From Mycoplasmatota bacterium (GTDB lineage Bacteria > Bacillota_I > Bacilli_A > RF39 > UBA660): 64,000 nucleotides of DNA. The stretch is from contig JALFKQ010000014.1 of NCBI GenBank assembly GCA_022774645.1, positions 2,283-66,282 on the forward strand, read 5' to 3'. Shown in pieces: positions 1 to 9,699 of the stretch; the stretch's first letter is position 1; each line of letters begins with the position of its first letter. The notes beneath the pieces are model-generated. The model did not search any database. It was not told the origin of the DNA and was given only the letters and a program-made list of their open reading frames with translations. The position numbers were made by a program, and so were the translations under genes.

Positions 1-329
1 TTAACGAATTATCTAGTTATGAAAAAAGTTCATTAAACTATGAAAAAAATTCAACAAGTACAATATTTGCTAAAAACTTTATAAGAGATATTGAAAAAAT
101 GAAAGAATTAGAAGAAGTAATAATTGCTGGCTGTTGTACAGATATATGTATTATGAACTTAGCTATACCATTAATTAATTACTTTGATGAACATAACAAA
201 AGAGTAACCGTAAGAGTACCACAAAATGTAGTAGAAACATTTAATAGTGAATCTCACAATAGAGAAGAATATAACGAAATGGCTTTAAAATTAATGAAAA
301 ATTCAGGAATAGGAGTTGAAGAAATATAA
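1..329 (+). CDS. pncA: isochorismatase-family cysteine hydrolase, probable nicotinamidase (3' part; 5' end outside window)
   Basis: Frame open from nt 3 to the TAA at 327-329; 'EVIIAGCCTDICI' resembles the catalytic-Cys region of nicotinamidase/isochorismatase enzymes; TAATG overlap with downstream pncB. Confidence 0.6.
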   Translation, partial: NELSSYEKSSLNYEKNSTSTIFAKNFIRDIEKMKELEEVIIAGCCTDICIMNLAIPLINYFDEHNKRVTVRVPQNVVETFNSESHNREEYNEMALKLMKNSGIGVEEI

Positions 330-1786
330 TGGAAAAATTAATTGATTTTTATGAATTAACAATGGAACATACAGATATTAAAAATAAAAAAGAAAATGAA
401 ATATGCTACTTTGATGTATTTTTTAGAAAAAATTTAGATGATGGTGGTTACAATGTAATATGTGGATTACATGAAATAATAGAATATATAAAAAATTTAA
501 AATTCACAGATGAAGATATAGAATATTTAAGAAGCTTAAACAAATTTGATGAAGAAACACTTAATTATTTAAGAAATTTTAAATTTACAGGTGATATATA
601 TGCAGTACCAGATGGCACAGTAATGTTTAAAAATGAACCTTGTATAACAATAAGAGCAACAGCATTAGAAGCTCAAATAATAGAAACAGATCTTTTAAAT
701 AAATTTAATCACGGAAGCTTAATTGCAACAAAAGCAAGAAGAATAACTAATGCAGCGAAAGATAAAGGAGTTATGGAATTTGGAGCAAGAAGAGCTCAAG
801 GAAGTGATGCAGCAATAGTGGGTGCAAAAGCTGCTTACATAAGTGGATGTATCGGAACATCTTGCTATGAAACAGGAAAAAGATATGGAGTACCATTACT
901 TGGTACAATGGCACACTCACATATAATGAAATATGATAATGAATATGAAGCCTTTCTTGCTTATGCAAAATGCTTTCCAAATGATTCAGTATTTTTAGTT
1001 GATACAATAGATACTCTTAAAAGTGGAGTACCTAATGCTATTAAAGTAGCAAAAGACTATCTAATACCAAATGGTTACACATTAAAAGGGATAAGATTAG
1101 ATAGTGGAGACCTTTCATATCTATCAAAAGAAGCTAGAAAAATGTTAGATGAAGTTGGTCTATATGATACGAAAATATGTGTATCTAATTCACTAGATGA
1201 ATATACAATAACATCATTGCTAAGTGAAGGAGCACCAATAGATTCTTTCGGAGTAGGAGAAAACTTAATAACATCAAAATCTTCCCCAGTGTTTGGTGGA
1301 GTTTATAAATTATCAGCGATTGAAAAAGAAGGAAAAATAGAACCAAAAATCAAAATAAGCGATAATGTTGGAAAAATAACAAATCCTGGATTCAAAAAAG
1401 TAGTGAGATTCTATAACAAAGATACCGGATATGCTATGGCTGATGTAATTGCTTTAAGGGATGAAGAAATAAGCAATGAAACTTATACTATTCTAGACGA
1501 AAACAGCAATCATAAAACTCATACATTAGAAAACTATACAGCTCGAGAATTACAAATACCAATTTTCATTAATGGAAAGTTAGTTTATGAAGAACCAACA
1601 TTAGAAGAAACAAGAAACTATGCAAAAGAGGAAATTAAAACAATATATCCAGAATCACAAAGATTATATAATCCACATATTCATCATGTAGGATTATCAA
1701 AAGAACTTTTAAAACTTAAAAGAAAAATGATAATGGATACTAAAGGTATTAGTTATGAAATAGCAATGCAAAGAGTATTAAAGTAG
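329..1786 (+). CDS. pncB: nicotinate phosphoribosyltransferase
   Basis: 485 aa; 'LLGTMAHS' and 'IRLDSGD' motifs typical of NAPRTase; NAD gene context. Confidence 0.85.
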   Translation: MEKLIDFYELTMEHTDIKNKKENEICYFDVFFRKNLDDGGYNVICGLHEIIEYIKNLKFTDEDIEYLRSLNKFDEETLNYLRNFKFTGDIYAVPDGTVMFKNEPCITIRATALEAQIIETDLLNKFNHGSLIATKARRITNAAKDKGVMEFGARRAQGSDAAIVGAKAAYISGCIGTSCYETGKRYGVPLLGTMAHSHIMKYDNEYEAFLAYAKCFPNDSVFLVDTIDTLKSGVPNAIKVAKDYLIPNGYTLKGIRLDSGDLSYLSKEARKMLDEVGLYDTKICVSNSLDEYTITSLLSEGAPIDSFGVGENLITSKSSPVFGGVYKLSAIEKEGKIEPKIKISDNVGKITNPGFKKVVRFYNKDTGYAMADVIALRDEEISNETYTILDENSNHKTHTLENYTARELQIPIFINGKLVYEEPTLEETRNYAKEEIKTIYPESQRLYNPHIHHVGLSKELLKLKRKMIMDTKGISYEIAMQRVLK

Positions 1787-1795
1787 GAGGAAAAT

Positions 1796-2554
1796 ATGAA
1801 ATTTAATGCTAAAAAAGAAACAGAAAATATAATAGTATTTATAAGAGAATATTATAAAAAATATAATTTAAAAGGAGTAGTACTTGGAATCAGTGGTGGA
1901 AAAGATTCAGCAGTAGTAGCTGCATTATTCACAAAAGCACTTGGTAGTGAAAATGTAGTAGGTATAACTCTTCCATGTCACTCAAAAGATGAAGACAAAA
2001 CATTAGCAAAATTAATAAGTGATAAATATGGATTTGAATTAATAAATATCGATTTAACAAATACATTTAATATATTTAAAAATGAAATAACTAAATTAGG
2101 ATGTTTCAACGAAAAAGAATTAAAAAACAGCGATATAAATATTAAACCAAAATTAAGAATGAGTTCTTGTTATTATGTAGCTGCCTTATATAGTGAACTT
2201 AAACATGGTACTTATTTAGTTGCCGGAACTTCTAATAAATGTGAATTATATGTTGGATATTTTACAAAAGGAGGAGATTCTACATACGATATTGGAGTAC
2301 TTAACAATTACACAGTTGATGAGGTAATAGAAATAGGAAAATATCTAGAAGTACCAGAACAAGTATTATTTAAAGCACCAAGTGACGGACTTAGTAATCA
2401 AACAGACGAAGATAAATTGGGTGTTACCTATAAAGAAATCGCATCAGTAATTAATGGTGAAAATGTATCAATTGAAACAAAAAGTAAAGTTGACAGATTA
2501 CATACAAATAATTTACATAAATTCAACATACCAGTATATGAAAGGAGAAAATAA
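1796..2554 (+). CDS. nadE: NH3-dependent NAD+ synthetase
   Basis: 252 aa; PP-loop 'GISGGKDSAV'; AGGAGG RBS upstream. Confidence 0.85.
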   Translation: MKFNAKKETENIIVFIREYYKKYNLKGVVLGISGGKDSAVVAALFTKALGSENVVGITLPCHSKDEDKTLAKLISDKYGFELINIDLTNTFNIFKNEITKLGCFNEKELKNSDINIKPKLRMSSCYYVAALYSELKHGTYLVAGTSNKCELYVGYFTKGGDSTYDIGVLNNYTVDEVIEIGKYLEVPEQVLFKAPSDGLSNQTDEDKLGVTYKEIASVINGENVSIETKSKVDRLHTNNLHKFNIPVYERRK

Positions 2555-2555
2555 T

Positions 2556-2957
2556 ATGAAAGAAGAAATCACACTTAGAATTTCTAAAAAAGATGTAATT
2601 AAATTATTAGAAAGACATTATCAAGATAGATTAGGTAAACCAATTAAAATATCAATAAAAACAACAAAAGAATGCTTTGGTCTATATGAAACTGAAGAAC
2701 TAGTGACTAGAATAAGTTTTGAAACAAAAGAAGCAACAATGGATTCTATACTTGGCAAAATTGAACATACAATTACTTACACTTTAGATGAATCAGATAT
2801 TAAAGAAGTATTAAGTGAACATTTATCAGAAAAAGGATATGAAGTAACTAGTGTTAGATATGAACAATATCAAGATTATGATAGAGGATTATATGGTTTT
2901 AATGGACTAACAGCAGAACTCAAAAGTAAAGGCATGGTAAGAAAATTAGTTCAATGA
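2556..2957 (+). CDS. hypothetical soluble protein (133 aa) embedded in the NAD cluster
   Basis: ATG at 2556 preceded by AAAGGAGAA RBS. The tracked ORF start at 2454 overlaps nadE and is unlikely. Stop overlaps the nadD start (ATGA at 2954-2957). No motif recognised. Confidence 0.6.
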   Translation: MKEEITLRISKKDVIKLLERHYQDRLGKPIKISIKTTKECFGLYETEELVTRISFETKEATMDSILGKIEHTITYTLDESDIKEVLSEHLSEKGYEVTSVRYEQYQDYDRGLYGFNGLTAELKSKGMVRKLVQ

Positions 2958-3514
2958 AAATAGCAGTATATGTAGGTAGCTTCAATCCCGTTCATAAAGG
3001 ACATATAAAAGTAGCAAAAACAGTTTTAAAAAAATTAGTTGATAAAGTAATAATAGTTCCAACACTAAACTACTGGGATAAAAATAACCTTATATATATT
3101 AATAATCGAATCAATATGTTAAAATTTTATGAAACAAACAATATCATAATAGACACTAAAAACAATAAATATGAATATACATATCAAGTATTAAGAAATA
3201 TTAAAAAAGAATATAAAAATTCTGAAATATATTTAATTATTGGAAATGATATATTAGAAAATTTTAGCAAATGGAAAAATATAAATGAAATATTAAAATA
3301 TAATATAATCGTTATTAAAAGAAATAATATAGATTTAAATATATATAAACAATATGAAAAATATAATTTTATTTATTTAGACAAAGTATCTAAAAAAGAA
3401 ATATCATCAACAGTTGTAAGAAAAATGATATTAGAAAATAATAAAGAAGTGCTAAAATACATAGATTTAAAGGTTTACAATTACATTAAACGAAATAATT
3501 TATATATTTATTAA
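2954..3514 (+). CDS. nadD: nicotinate-nucleotide adenylyltransferase
   Basis: 'GSFNPVHKGH' nucleotidyltransferase motif and C-terminal 'ISSTVVRK'. Confidence 0.8.
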   Translation: MKIAVYVGSFNPVHKGHIKVAKTVLKKLVDKVIIVPTLNYWDKNNLIYINNRINMLKFYETNNIIIDTKNNKYEYTYQVLRNIKKEYKNSEIYLIIGNDILENFSKWKNINEILKYNIIVIKRNNIDLNIYKQYEKYNFIYLDKVSKKEISSTVVRKMILENNKEVLKYIDLKVYNYIKRNNLYIY

Positions 3515-3551
3515 TAATATGTTATAATCAATTTATACAAAAGAGGTATAT

Positions 3552-4022
3552 ATGAAAGAAAAAGAAGTAGTAAATAAATTAATAGAGAAAAAAGAAACAA
3601 TTGCTTCAATGGAATCATGCACTGGAGGGTATTTTGCAAGTACCATTACATGTGTAGATGGTTCAAGTGAAGTGTTAAAATTTTCAGCAGTAACTTATTC
3701 AAATGAATATAAAATTAAAATGGGTGTTAATCCTAAAATAATTAAAAAATATTCAGTTTATAGTATCGAAACAGCACACGAAATGAGCAAGAATATTTCA
3801 AAATTTGCTTGTAGTACTTATGGAGTAGGTATTACCGGAAAAATAAACAGAGTTGATGAAAATAACTTAAATGGAAAGGATAATGAAGTATTTGTGAGTA
3901 TATTCAACAGTAAGAATAACACACACACAGATATGAAAATAATAGTTCCAAATAAGCCTCGTAAAGAAGTAAAAGAACTAATTGTTAATGAGATATTAGA
4001 TAAGCTAATAGAAATTTTATAG
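3552..4022 (+). CDS. pncC: CinA C-terminal domain / NMN amidohydrolase
   Basis: 156 aa; 'ESCTGG' motif of the CinA/PncC domain; NAD context. Confidence 0.7.
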   Translation: MKEKEVVNKLIEKKETIASMESCTGGYFASTITCVDGSSEVLKFSAVTYSNEYKIKMGVNPKIIKKYSVYSIETAHEMSKNISKFACSTYGVGITGKINRVDENNLNGKDNEVFVSIFNSKNNTHTDMKIIVPNKPRKEVKELIVNEILDKLIEIL

Positions 4023-4072
4023 TAGGAAGGAAAAATTATTAACATTATTGTTATTAAATTAATGGTGAAAAT

Positions 4073-4906
4073 ATGGAATATAAAAGTGAAGAAGAATTTT
4101 TAAAAAATTATGATGTTAATCAATTTGAGCGACCATCTGTAACAAGTGATATTTTATTACTAAGTGTATCAAGCGGAGTACAAAATAACTATAGAAAACT
4201 TAAAGAAAAATTTTATAGTGTTCTACTTGTTAAAAGAAAAGATTATCCTTTCAAAGATAAATGGTGTTTGCCAGGTGGATTCGTAAAAAATAGTGAAACA
4301 ACAGAAGAAGCAGCTAGAAGAATACTTGCTAAAGAAACAAATTTACACAATATATTTATGGAACAACTATATACTTTTGATAGTATCGACAGAGATCCAA
4401 GAACAAGAGTATTAAGTGTTTCATATATTGCCTTAGTTGACAAAAACAAGTTAAATGATTCTTTATATGAAAATGCATCTTGGTTTAATATTAGCTATAT
4501 AGAAGATGATAAAACTTTTACAGTAACACTTGATAATGGAAATGAAACCCTAAACTTTGTAGTAAGCAAAACATTAAAAGAAAGTACAACAGATAGATAT
4601 AAATTTGATATTGTTAAAAATGATTCATTAGCATTCGATCACCCAATAGTGATAGTAAGTGGCATAGAAAGATTAAAAAATAAAATAATGTATACAGACA
4701 TAGTGTTTAATATGATGAGTGAATACTTTACACTAGGTGAACTACAACAAGTATATGAAGTTATACTTAATAAAAAATTACTCGACCCTGCATTTAGAAG
4801 AATAATAGCAAACAAAGTAGAAAAGACAAATATTGTTAAGACTGGTGAAGGACATAGACCAAGCGTATTATTCAAATACAAAGGTAAAAAAAATGAGAAA
4901 GATTAA
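4073..4906 (+). CDS. nrtR: Nudix-domain transcriptional regulator of NAD metabolism (NrtR-like)
   Basis: Nudix-box-like 'GGFVKNSETTEEAARRILAKETN' followed by a C-terminal helix-rich region 'FTLGELQQVYEVIL...FRRII'; sits inside the NAD cluster. Confidence 0.6.
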   Translation: MEYKSEEEFLKNYDVNQFERPSVTSDILLLSVSSGVQNNYRKLKEKFYSVLLVKRKDYPFKDKWCLPGGFVKNSETTEEAARRILAKETNLHNIFMEQLYTFDSIDRDPRTRVLSVSYIALVDKNKLNDSLYENASWFNISYIEDDKTFTVTLDNGNETLNFVVSKTLKESTTDRYKFDIVKNDSLAFDHPIVIVSGIERLKNKIMYTDIVFNMMSEYFTLGELQQVYEVILNKKLLDPAFRRIIANKVEKTNIVKTGEGHRPSVLFKYKGKKNEKD

Positions 4907-5690
4907 CAAAATAAAAATATTTTCTAATGAAAATGAAATGTCATATAAAATTAAATTACAATTGACTAATGAATTTCAAAAGTACAATTTTGATATGGTT
5001 GAAGATAATTATGATTTAGCCATAGCAATCGGTGGGGATGGTTCATTTTTAAGAATGGTAAATGCCACTAATTTCAATAGTGATACATATTATGTCGGAA
5101 TTAATACAGGAACACTAGGATTTTTACAAGAAATAAAACCAGATAAACTAGAATCATTTGTCAAAGCATTAAATAATAATGATTTTAAAATAGATAATAT
5201 AGGAACATTAGAAACTAAAATAACAACAGATGATTCAATATCAAGACACTTTTCGTTAAATGAAATAGTAATTAGACAAATGGAATTAAACGCATTAACT
5301 ATGGAAATATATATAGATGGTTGTTATTTAGAAACATTTGCAGGTGATGGAATATTAGTATCGACTTCAGTTGGAAGTAGTGCATATAACATAAGCTTTA
5401 ATGGTTCATTAATTTATAATACACTTCACACACTACAAATAACTCCAATAGCACCGCTTAACACAAAAGCATATAGAAATCTTTTAACATCGATTGTATT
5501 ACCTGAAAAGAAACATATATTAATTAAACCATTAAAAAAAGACTTAATCGTTACATTTGACGGAACTAACAAAAGATATGAAAATGTAAAAAAAATAGAA
5601 TGTTCTGTCAAAAATAAAAAAATAAAATTTCTAAGAATGAAAGAATATAATTTTATAAATATAGTTAATGAAAAATTTTTAAAAGATTAA
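4893..5690 (+). CDS. nadK: NAD kinase
   Basis: 'GGDGSFLR' motif. ATG at 4893 overlaps the nrtR end by 14 nt; the tracked start at 4833 lies deep inside nrtR. Confidence 0.85.
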   Translation: MRKINKIKIFSNENEMSYKIKLQLTNEFQKYNFDMVEDNYDLAIAIGGDGSFLRMVNATNFNSDTYYVGINTGTLGFLQEIKPDKLESFVKALNNNDFKIDNIGTLETKITTDDSISRHFSLNEIVIRQMELNALTMEIYIDGCYLETFAGDGILVSTSVGSSAYNISFNGSLIYNTLHTLQITPIAPLNTKAYRNLLTSIVLPEKKHILIKPLKKDLIVTFDGTNKRYENVKKIECSVKNKKIKFLRMKEYNFINIVNEKFLKD

Positions 5691-5720
5691 TATTTCATAG
5701 TAAAAATCATAGTATTAAAT

Positions 5721-6728
5721 ATGAAAAAAATATTATTTGTATTAATCTTTTTATTATGTATAAATGTAAAAGCATCAATAGTGTTAATGGATGCAGATTC
5801 TGGAAGAATATTATATTCAAAAGCTGCAACAGAAAAAAAGTTAATAGCATCAACGACAAAAATTATGACATCTATAATAGCATTAGAAAATTCAACTTTA
5901 GAAAAAAAAATAATAATAGGTAAAGAAACTCGTGAAGTAAATGGATCGATGATATATGCAAAGGAAGGAGAAGTGTTTACATTAAACGACCTTTTGCATG
6001 GACTGATGCTACAAAGTGGAAATGATGCTGCAATGACAATAGCTACCAATGTACTTGGATATGATAATTTTATAAAAGAAATGAATTTAAAAGCAATAAA
6101 GCTTGGAATGAAAAACACAACATTTGAAAATCCACATGGTTTAAATGATAACTCTAAAAACATATCTACCGCAGAAGATATGTCAAAGTTAATGAGATAT
6201 GCCATAAAGAATAAAGAATTTTTAAATATTACATCATCCAAAATATATAAAGTGGACAAATATATATGGCCAAACAAAAATAAATTATTAAAACAATACA
6301 AATATTTAATTAGTGGAAAAATAGGCTATACAAAAGCAAGTGGTCAAGTATTCGTTTCCGCGGCTAAAAAAGATGGAAAAACACTGATAATAACATCAAT
6401 CGATGAAAGTGATAAATTCAATTTGCATAAAAAATTATATGAAAAATACTTCGAAGCATATGAAAAATATAAAATATTAGATATGAATACATTTTCATTT
6501 AAAGTAAAAAATAAAAATAAATATCATTATTATATAGACAATGATTATTATATGCTTTTAAAAAAAGATGAAATAAATAAATTAAAAATAAAAATAGATT
6601 TGAGTAAAAATGAAGAAAAAGTAACGATAATATTAAATAATAAAATAATAGATAATGTTAAACTGAAAAAAATAAAATATGAGGTTAAAACAAATAAAAT
6701 AAAACAAATATTGTCATTTTGGAAATAA
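5721..6728 (+). CDS. D-alanyl-D-alanine carboxypeptidase (S11 serine peptidase)
   Basis: Signal peptide; SxxK 'STTKIMT', SxN 'SGND', 'GKIGYT' KTG-like box. Confidence 0.8.
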   Translation: MKKILFVLIFLLCINVKASIVLMDADSGRILYSKAATEKKLIASTTKIMTSIIALENSTLEKKIIIGKETREVNGSMIYAKEGEVFTLNDLLHGLMLQSGNDAAMTIATNVLGYDNFIKEMNLKAIKLGMKNTTFENPHGLNDNSKNISTAEDMSKLMRYAIKNKEFLNITSSKIYKVDKYIWPNKNKLLKQYKYLISGKIGYTKASGQVFVSAAKKDGKTLIITSIDESDKFNLHKKLYEKYFEAYEKYKILDMNTFSFKVKNKNKYHYYIDNDYYMLLKKDEINKLKIKIDLSKNEEKVTIILNNKIIDNVKLKKIKYEVKTNKIKQILSFWK

Positions 6729-6755
6729 TAGAGTATAATGACCTTGGTGTTTTTT

Positions 6756-7478
6756 ATGGAGAGATTACAAAAATTTTTAAGTTCTTGTGGTGTAGACTCA
6801 AGAAGAAAATGTGAAGAATTAATATTAAAAGGTAAAGTAAAAGTAAATGGAAATAAAATAACAGAACTTGGTTACAAAGTAAATGAAAAAGATGTAGTTA
6901 CAGTTGATGATGTGGAAGTTATAAGAAAAGAAAAACTATATTTTCTTTTATATAAACCGGAAAAAACAATTTGTTCAGTAAAAGATGAAAAAGGAAGAAC
7001 AACTGTAATAGATTTAATTGACACTGATGAAAAAGTTTTTCCAGTTGGCCGATTGGACTATGATACCACTGGTTTACTGTTAATAACAAACGATGGTGAA
7101 TTAGCAAACAAATTAACACATCCAAAAGGCCACATCGAAAAAACATATTCTGCAAAAATAGAAGGAATAATCACCCAAAAAGATATTAAAATATTAGAAA
7201 ACGGAATATTACTTGATGGCATAAAAACAAAAAAAGCAATGGCAAAGATCAAAAAAATAGATAAAACAAATAAAAAGTCTTATGTTGAATTAACAATAAC
7301 CGAAGGAAGAAATCATCAAGTAAAAAATATGTTTTTAAGTTTAGGATACAAAGTTTTAAAATTAAAAAGAACTAACTATGCTTTTCTAGATTTAAGTGGT
7401 CTTAGCATAGGTGAATACAGAACTTTATCAATAAAAGAAGTAAAAAAATTATACAGTATTGTAAATATACAAAAATAA
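6756..7478 (+). CDS. rluB: 23S rRNA pseudouridine synthase (RsuA/RluB family)
   Basis: N-terminal S4-like region 'RLQKFLSSCGVDSRRKCEELI'; catalytic 'GRLDYDTTGLLL'. Confidence 0.8.
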   Translation: MERLQKFLSSCGVDSRRKCEELILKGKVKVNGNKITELGYKVNEKDVVTVDDVEVIRKEKLYFLLYKPEKTICSVKDEKGRTTVIDLIDTDEKVFPVGRLDYDTTGLLLITNDGELANKLTHPKGHIEKTYSAKIEGIITQKDIKILENGILLDGIKTKKAMAKIKKIDKTNKKSYVELTITEGRNHQVKNMFLSLGYKVLKLKRTNYAFLDLSGLSIGEYRTLSIKEVKKLYSIVNIQK

Positions 7479-7510
7479 AAACATGTTAGCTAAATTTCTA
7501 ACATGTTTTA
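7478..7510. terminator. bidirectional hairpin between rluB and the ferredoxin gene
   Basis: AAAACATGTTAG / CTAACATGTTTT inverted repeat flanked by A/T runs. Confidence 0.6.
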
Positions 7511-7522
7511 AATTACAAAAAA

Positions 7523-7735
7523 TTAATTTTCTTCAGCTGTAATTTCTTCTTCAACAACGATTGCACCAACAGGGCAACTTTCAACAATATTTAAAACTTC
7601 TTTCTTATCATTTTCATCAAGCTCAATATCTTTTGCTTGACTCATTCCTTCGTCGTTAAATTCAAAATATTTTTCACATTGACTAACACATAAACCACAA
7701 CCGATACAAGTGTCATTAACTTTTATTTTTTCCAT
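7523..7735 (-). CDS. small 4Fe-4S ferredoxin
   Basis: 70 aa; 'CIGCGLCVSQC' plus distal 'CP'. Confidence 0.8.
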   Translation of the reverse strand: MEKIKVNDTCIGCGLCVSQCEKYFEFNDEGMSQAKDIELDENDKKEVLNIVESCPVGAIVVEEEITAEEN

Positions 7736-7807
7736 TTTCCATTTCCTCCATAAGTAATTATATATTAAAAAAATAAAAAAATCTAGATACCATGTAAAGC
7801 ATATTTA

Positions 7808-7836
7808 TTGAATTTAGAATACAAATGTGTTATCAT
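7808..7836 (+). promoter_or_regulatory. candidate sigma-A-type promoter
   Basis: TTGAAT-17 nt-TATCAT upstream of the ATG at 7853. Confidence 0.4.
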
Positions 7837-7852
7837 TAAAATGGTGAAAAAT

Positions 7853-8818
7853 ATGAGTTCAAGAATGGAAAAATATGAAAATAGTTCACTCAATAATATG
7901 AGCCGCACTAAGAGAAATCAAGATATTTACAATGTAACTGACATGAACGAATTATCTCGTATTAAAACAAATACTAATGTTAGTATTATTTCTGATGCCT
8001 CAAAAGAAATTGATATTGAAAAAATAAAAAAATATATTGAAAATATGAATGAAAATGAGGAAGAACATAAGAAAAGAATATCAATTGAACTTCCAGAGGA
8101 AAAAGAAGAAGTACAACAAGAGAAAGTAGAAAAAGATTATGATATTAACTCTGTCCTTGAAAGAGCAAGAGATAGTAGAGAAACTGATTATGAACTTGAA
8201 AGACATAGAAAATTAAATTCAAATGGTTATGATATTTTAAAAAGTATAAAAATCAAGGAAACTGACGAAGACAAAACTGAACCCATAGATGAATTAAACA
8301 CACAAGAAAAGACCATTGTTGAATTAATACAAAATATTCAAAATAAAAATGATTCTAAGCCAAAATCAATAAAAGAAGATACAGAAGATTTATTTGGTGA
8401 ACTAATGGGTAAAAATGAAAATACAATAGTAATGGCACCGATAGAAGATGATGAAAAAAACAAAGAAAATATAAAAGAAGCCTTGTTGGATATTACTAAG
8501 GAACTTGAAAAGATAGAAGAACCGGTAAATCACACAGATAGTCTTAGCTTAAAAAATGAAGATAATGAAAAAAATGATGAGGAAAATTCAGAATCAGTAG
8601 AATATCAAGAAAAAACAGATTCAGTAGTAGCGGACAAATCATTTTATACAAATTCATTATCATTTAATAAGACAGACTTCGAGGGATTTGAAGATTTAGA
8701 AAAAAATCAAAAAAAAGGTAATTTGTTTACTAAAATTGCAATAACTTTAATTATATTAATGCTCCTAGCAACAATATTTATAATATTAAATTTTCTGCTT
8801 GATTGGAATATTTTCTAA
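7853..8818 (+). CDS. hypothetical, highly acidic (E/D/K/N-rich) protein with a C-terminal membrane anchor
   Basis: ATG at 7853 after GGTGA; single hydrophobic helix 'IAITLIILMLLATIFIILNFLL' at the extreme C-terminus. Confidence 0.6.
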   Translation: MSSRMEKYENSSLNNMSRTKRNQDIYNVTDMNELSRIKTNTNVSIISDASKEIDIEKIKKYIENMNENEEEHKKRISIELPEEKEEVQQEKVEKDYDINSVLERARDSRETDYELERHRKLNSNGYDILKSIKIKETDEDKTEPIDELNTQEKTIVELIQNIQNKNDSKPKSIKEDTEDLFGELMGKNENTIVMAPIEDDEKNKENIKEALLDITKELEKIEEPVNHTDSLSLKNEDNEKNDEENSESVEYQEKTDSVVADKSFYTNSLSFNKTDFEGFEDLEKNQKKGNLFTKIAITLIILMLLATIFIILNFLLDWNIF

Positions 8819-8867
8819 TAAAAAGATGTGATGAATAATTAAACATCTTTTTTTGTATAATGTAATA

Positions 8868-9608
8868 ATGAAAAATATTCATAGAATGAAATTGAAAAGT
8901 ACAAATGTAAAAATAAACACAAGTGATAAAATATTAATAATATTAGTAATAATATTGCTTGCTACATATCTAATGTTAAAAATTTTTACAATAAAAAGTG
9001 AATCAGTACTATTAAATTATGCTGAAAATAAATCAAAAGAATTAGCATTGCTGTTAATAACAAATGTTATAGAAGAAATAACAAAAGAAGAAATGGTAGA
9101 TATTAATACGATTATGAATATAGAAAAAAATAATAGTGATGAAATAATAGGTATAGATTTTAATAATAAAAGTATTAACACATTATTACTAAAAATAAAT
9201 GAAAAATTTCACTATAATTTGCAAATATTAGAAAATGATAAAAACAATAGTCTAGAAAAAAAATACTATAAAAAAGTAAATCCAATGATATATGAAATAC
9301 CCATGTCAATAGTATATGATATACCTGTGTTAGTTGGCATTGGACCGAAAATTCCATTCAAATTAGACATACTAGGCAACACAACAAATGCTATTGTGAC
9401 AAATATAAAAGATTATGGCATAAATAATTCACTCATAGAGGTAGTATTAGAAACAAAAATAAACATACAAATAATATTACCTTTTTCATCGAAAGAAATA
9501 TTAACATATAATAAAATTCCATTAAAATCAAAAATAATACAAGGAAAAATTCCAGAATATTATGGTGGAGTAATAAATGGTAAAATTTATCAAGAAGCAT
9601 CACAATAG
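8868..9608 (+). CDS. yunB: YunB-like sporulation protein (tentative)
   Basis: N-terminal TM helix. The C-terminal region 'VGIGPKIPFKLDILGNT...INNSLIEVVLETKINIQIILPF' resembles my recollection of the YunB family. Start uncertain (8868 or 8886). Confidence 0.45.
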   Translation: MKNIHRMKLKSTNVKINTSDKILIILVIILLATYLMLKIFTIKSESVLLNYAENKSKELALLLITNVIEEITKEEMVDINTIMNIEKNNSDEIIGIDFNNKSINTLLLKINEKFHYNLQILENDKNNSLEKKYYKKVNPMIYEIPMSIVYDIPVLVGIGPKIPFKLDILGNTTNAIVTNIKDYGINNSLIEVVLETKINIQIILPFSSKEILTYNKIPLKSKIIQGKIPEYYGGVINGKIYQEASQ

Positions 9609-9699
9609 CACAGAAATCTAAAACATTTCAAATATTACTTAAAACAATATAAAAAAAGCACAATAAATGATATAATATATATAAGAAAAGGTGAAAAAT

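Noticed and set aside
2454-2555. Upstream extension of the 2556 ORF (tracked start at 2454)
   Set aside because: It would overlap the nadE 3' end by 100 nt, whereas the ATG at 2556 has a good RBS just after the nadE stop. Similar trimming was applied to the tracked starts at 4833, 6738, 17184, 18836, 24039, 27642, 29922, 38571 and 44554.
5687-6301. Long antisense ORFs (for example 5687-6301, 32441-32866, 38576-39001, 41062-41514, 56191-56634, 57499-57951)
   Set aside because: Each is fully embedded antisense to a well-supported conserved gene and has low-complexity F/I/L/S-rich translations with no RBS. These are typical shadow ORFs of AT-rich genomes.
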